Below, one piece after another: positions 63,124 to 64,000 of a stretch of 64,000 nt of DNA (positions are counted from its first letter, which is position 1; every line of letters starts with the position of its first letter). Below the pieces are notes generated by a model. It saw only the letters and a program-made list of their open reading frames with translations. It made no database searches and was not told the DNA's origin. Both the position numbers and the translations under genes were made by a program. Source of the stretch: Spongospora subterranea f. sp. subterranea (taxonomy: Eukaryota); NCBI GenBank assembly GCA_049724395.1, contig JAUGWO010000122.1, forward strand, positions 1 through 64,000. The letters run 5' to 3'.

Positions 63124-63980
63124 ATGATCCGGACTGGTATACATGGCTCATTGCCTAATTTGATGTCTAATCTGTTGACGATCGCCCGGAAGGTGCTCTC
63201 AGACGTATCCCATGCTTGTACTCGTCGAAATTCCGACAAAGAGGCCATTTCCCTTGATAAATATCTGAAATATTACGATCCAACCGACCATCGCCAATCA
63301 CCTGTTCTCGAAGATAACCTCTGTCAAACCCTGTTCTGGTTCGGAAATGAAGACAAACCGCATATGCTGGAGGTTCTCAAACATTATGCATCGTTCATCA
63401 AGCTGAACCCATCAAGGCGAGGATCGCTGAAGTTCATAGGCCATTTACGTCGATGGATAGCGGAAGACCCGGGAAGGCAGTTGAGCTGTTCCGATACAAT
63501 CGTCACTTTTGACCGGATTGCCATCTTTTCTAGGCAAGGCGCTATCGTATCGAGTATCTGGGACACGGTTCCGATTGCTCTAATCTATGCGATATCAGTT
63601 TGGCAAGCTGTAGACGGGTTAGGGCGTTTGATCGCCATTGTTCGGTTTATATTCTTGTTCTGACCAAAATGTTGGGCAGTATTCCTATTAGTCATGTCAG
63701 AATCGACCAAAGCTCGCTTTCCGCTTCTGTACGCCACCGGCTCGAGCATTCCGTCTTCGACGCGGCTTCATCGCCGAATCCTATGAACCGAATTAGTGAT
63801 TGGTTCTATTGGCCAGAATCCTATGTCGAGCCAGGAATAATTCAATCTTCTCGAAGATATCACGATCCTCAAAGAGCGCGTGATCATCCCATCGCAAATC
63901 AGTATAGGACCCTTCGAATCAGAAAGCCATCGACTTGTGGAATTCCTGGTATTGAGCGGATCACAAAAAATAAGCGTTGA
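63124..63980 (+). CDS. Hypothetical protein (probably two exons)
   Basis: Overlapping protein-like ORFs 63115-63663 and 63600-63980; no family recognised. Confidence 0.45.
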
Positions 63981-64000
63981 GCGTTCGTTGGTAAAGAGAT

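Overview
Eukaryotic nuclear DNA (about 45% GC by eye, many ~50-70 nt GT-AG introns). A CFAP91 homologue implies a flagellated stage; a zoosporic protist such as a plasmodiophorid is my guess, not established. The window has two halves. 1-~32.3 kb is a nested transposon graveyard: a DD39D mariner with a MULE-like MITE inside it, an apparently intact Pong/PIF-Harbinger, a poly(A)-tailed SINE-like family, Copia and Gypsy remnants, tyrosine-recombinase and piggyBac-like remnants, and several MITEs. Interleaved with these are four pieces of an unrecognised multi-copy, intron-containing gene family. It has a signal-peptide-like N-terminus, a 462-bp two-exon/two-intron module tandemly amplified in frame, and C-terminal Cys/His repeats, and it is preceded by a palindromic 38-bp minisatellite. 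~32.3-64 kb is gene-dense housekeeping DNA: SNF5-like, PPTase, DnaJ, CFAP91, DOCK GEF, TLC-like, CAP protein, cyclin L, GH47 mannosidase, UBE2H, purine-permease-like, NAA10 and several hypotheticals. All calls come from manual motif reading; no searches were run and gene boundaries are hand-spliced estimates.
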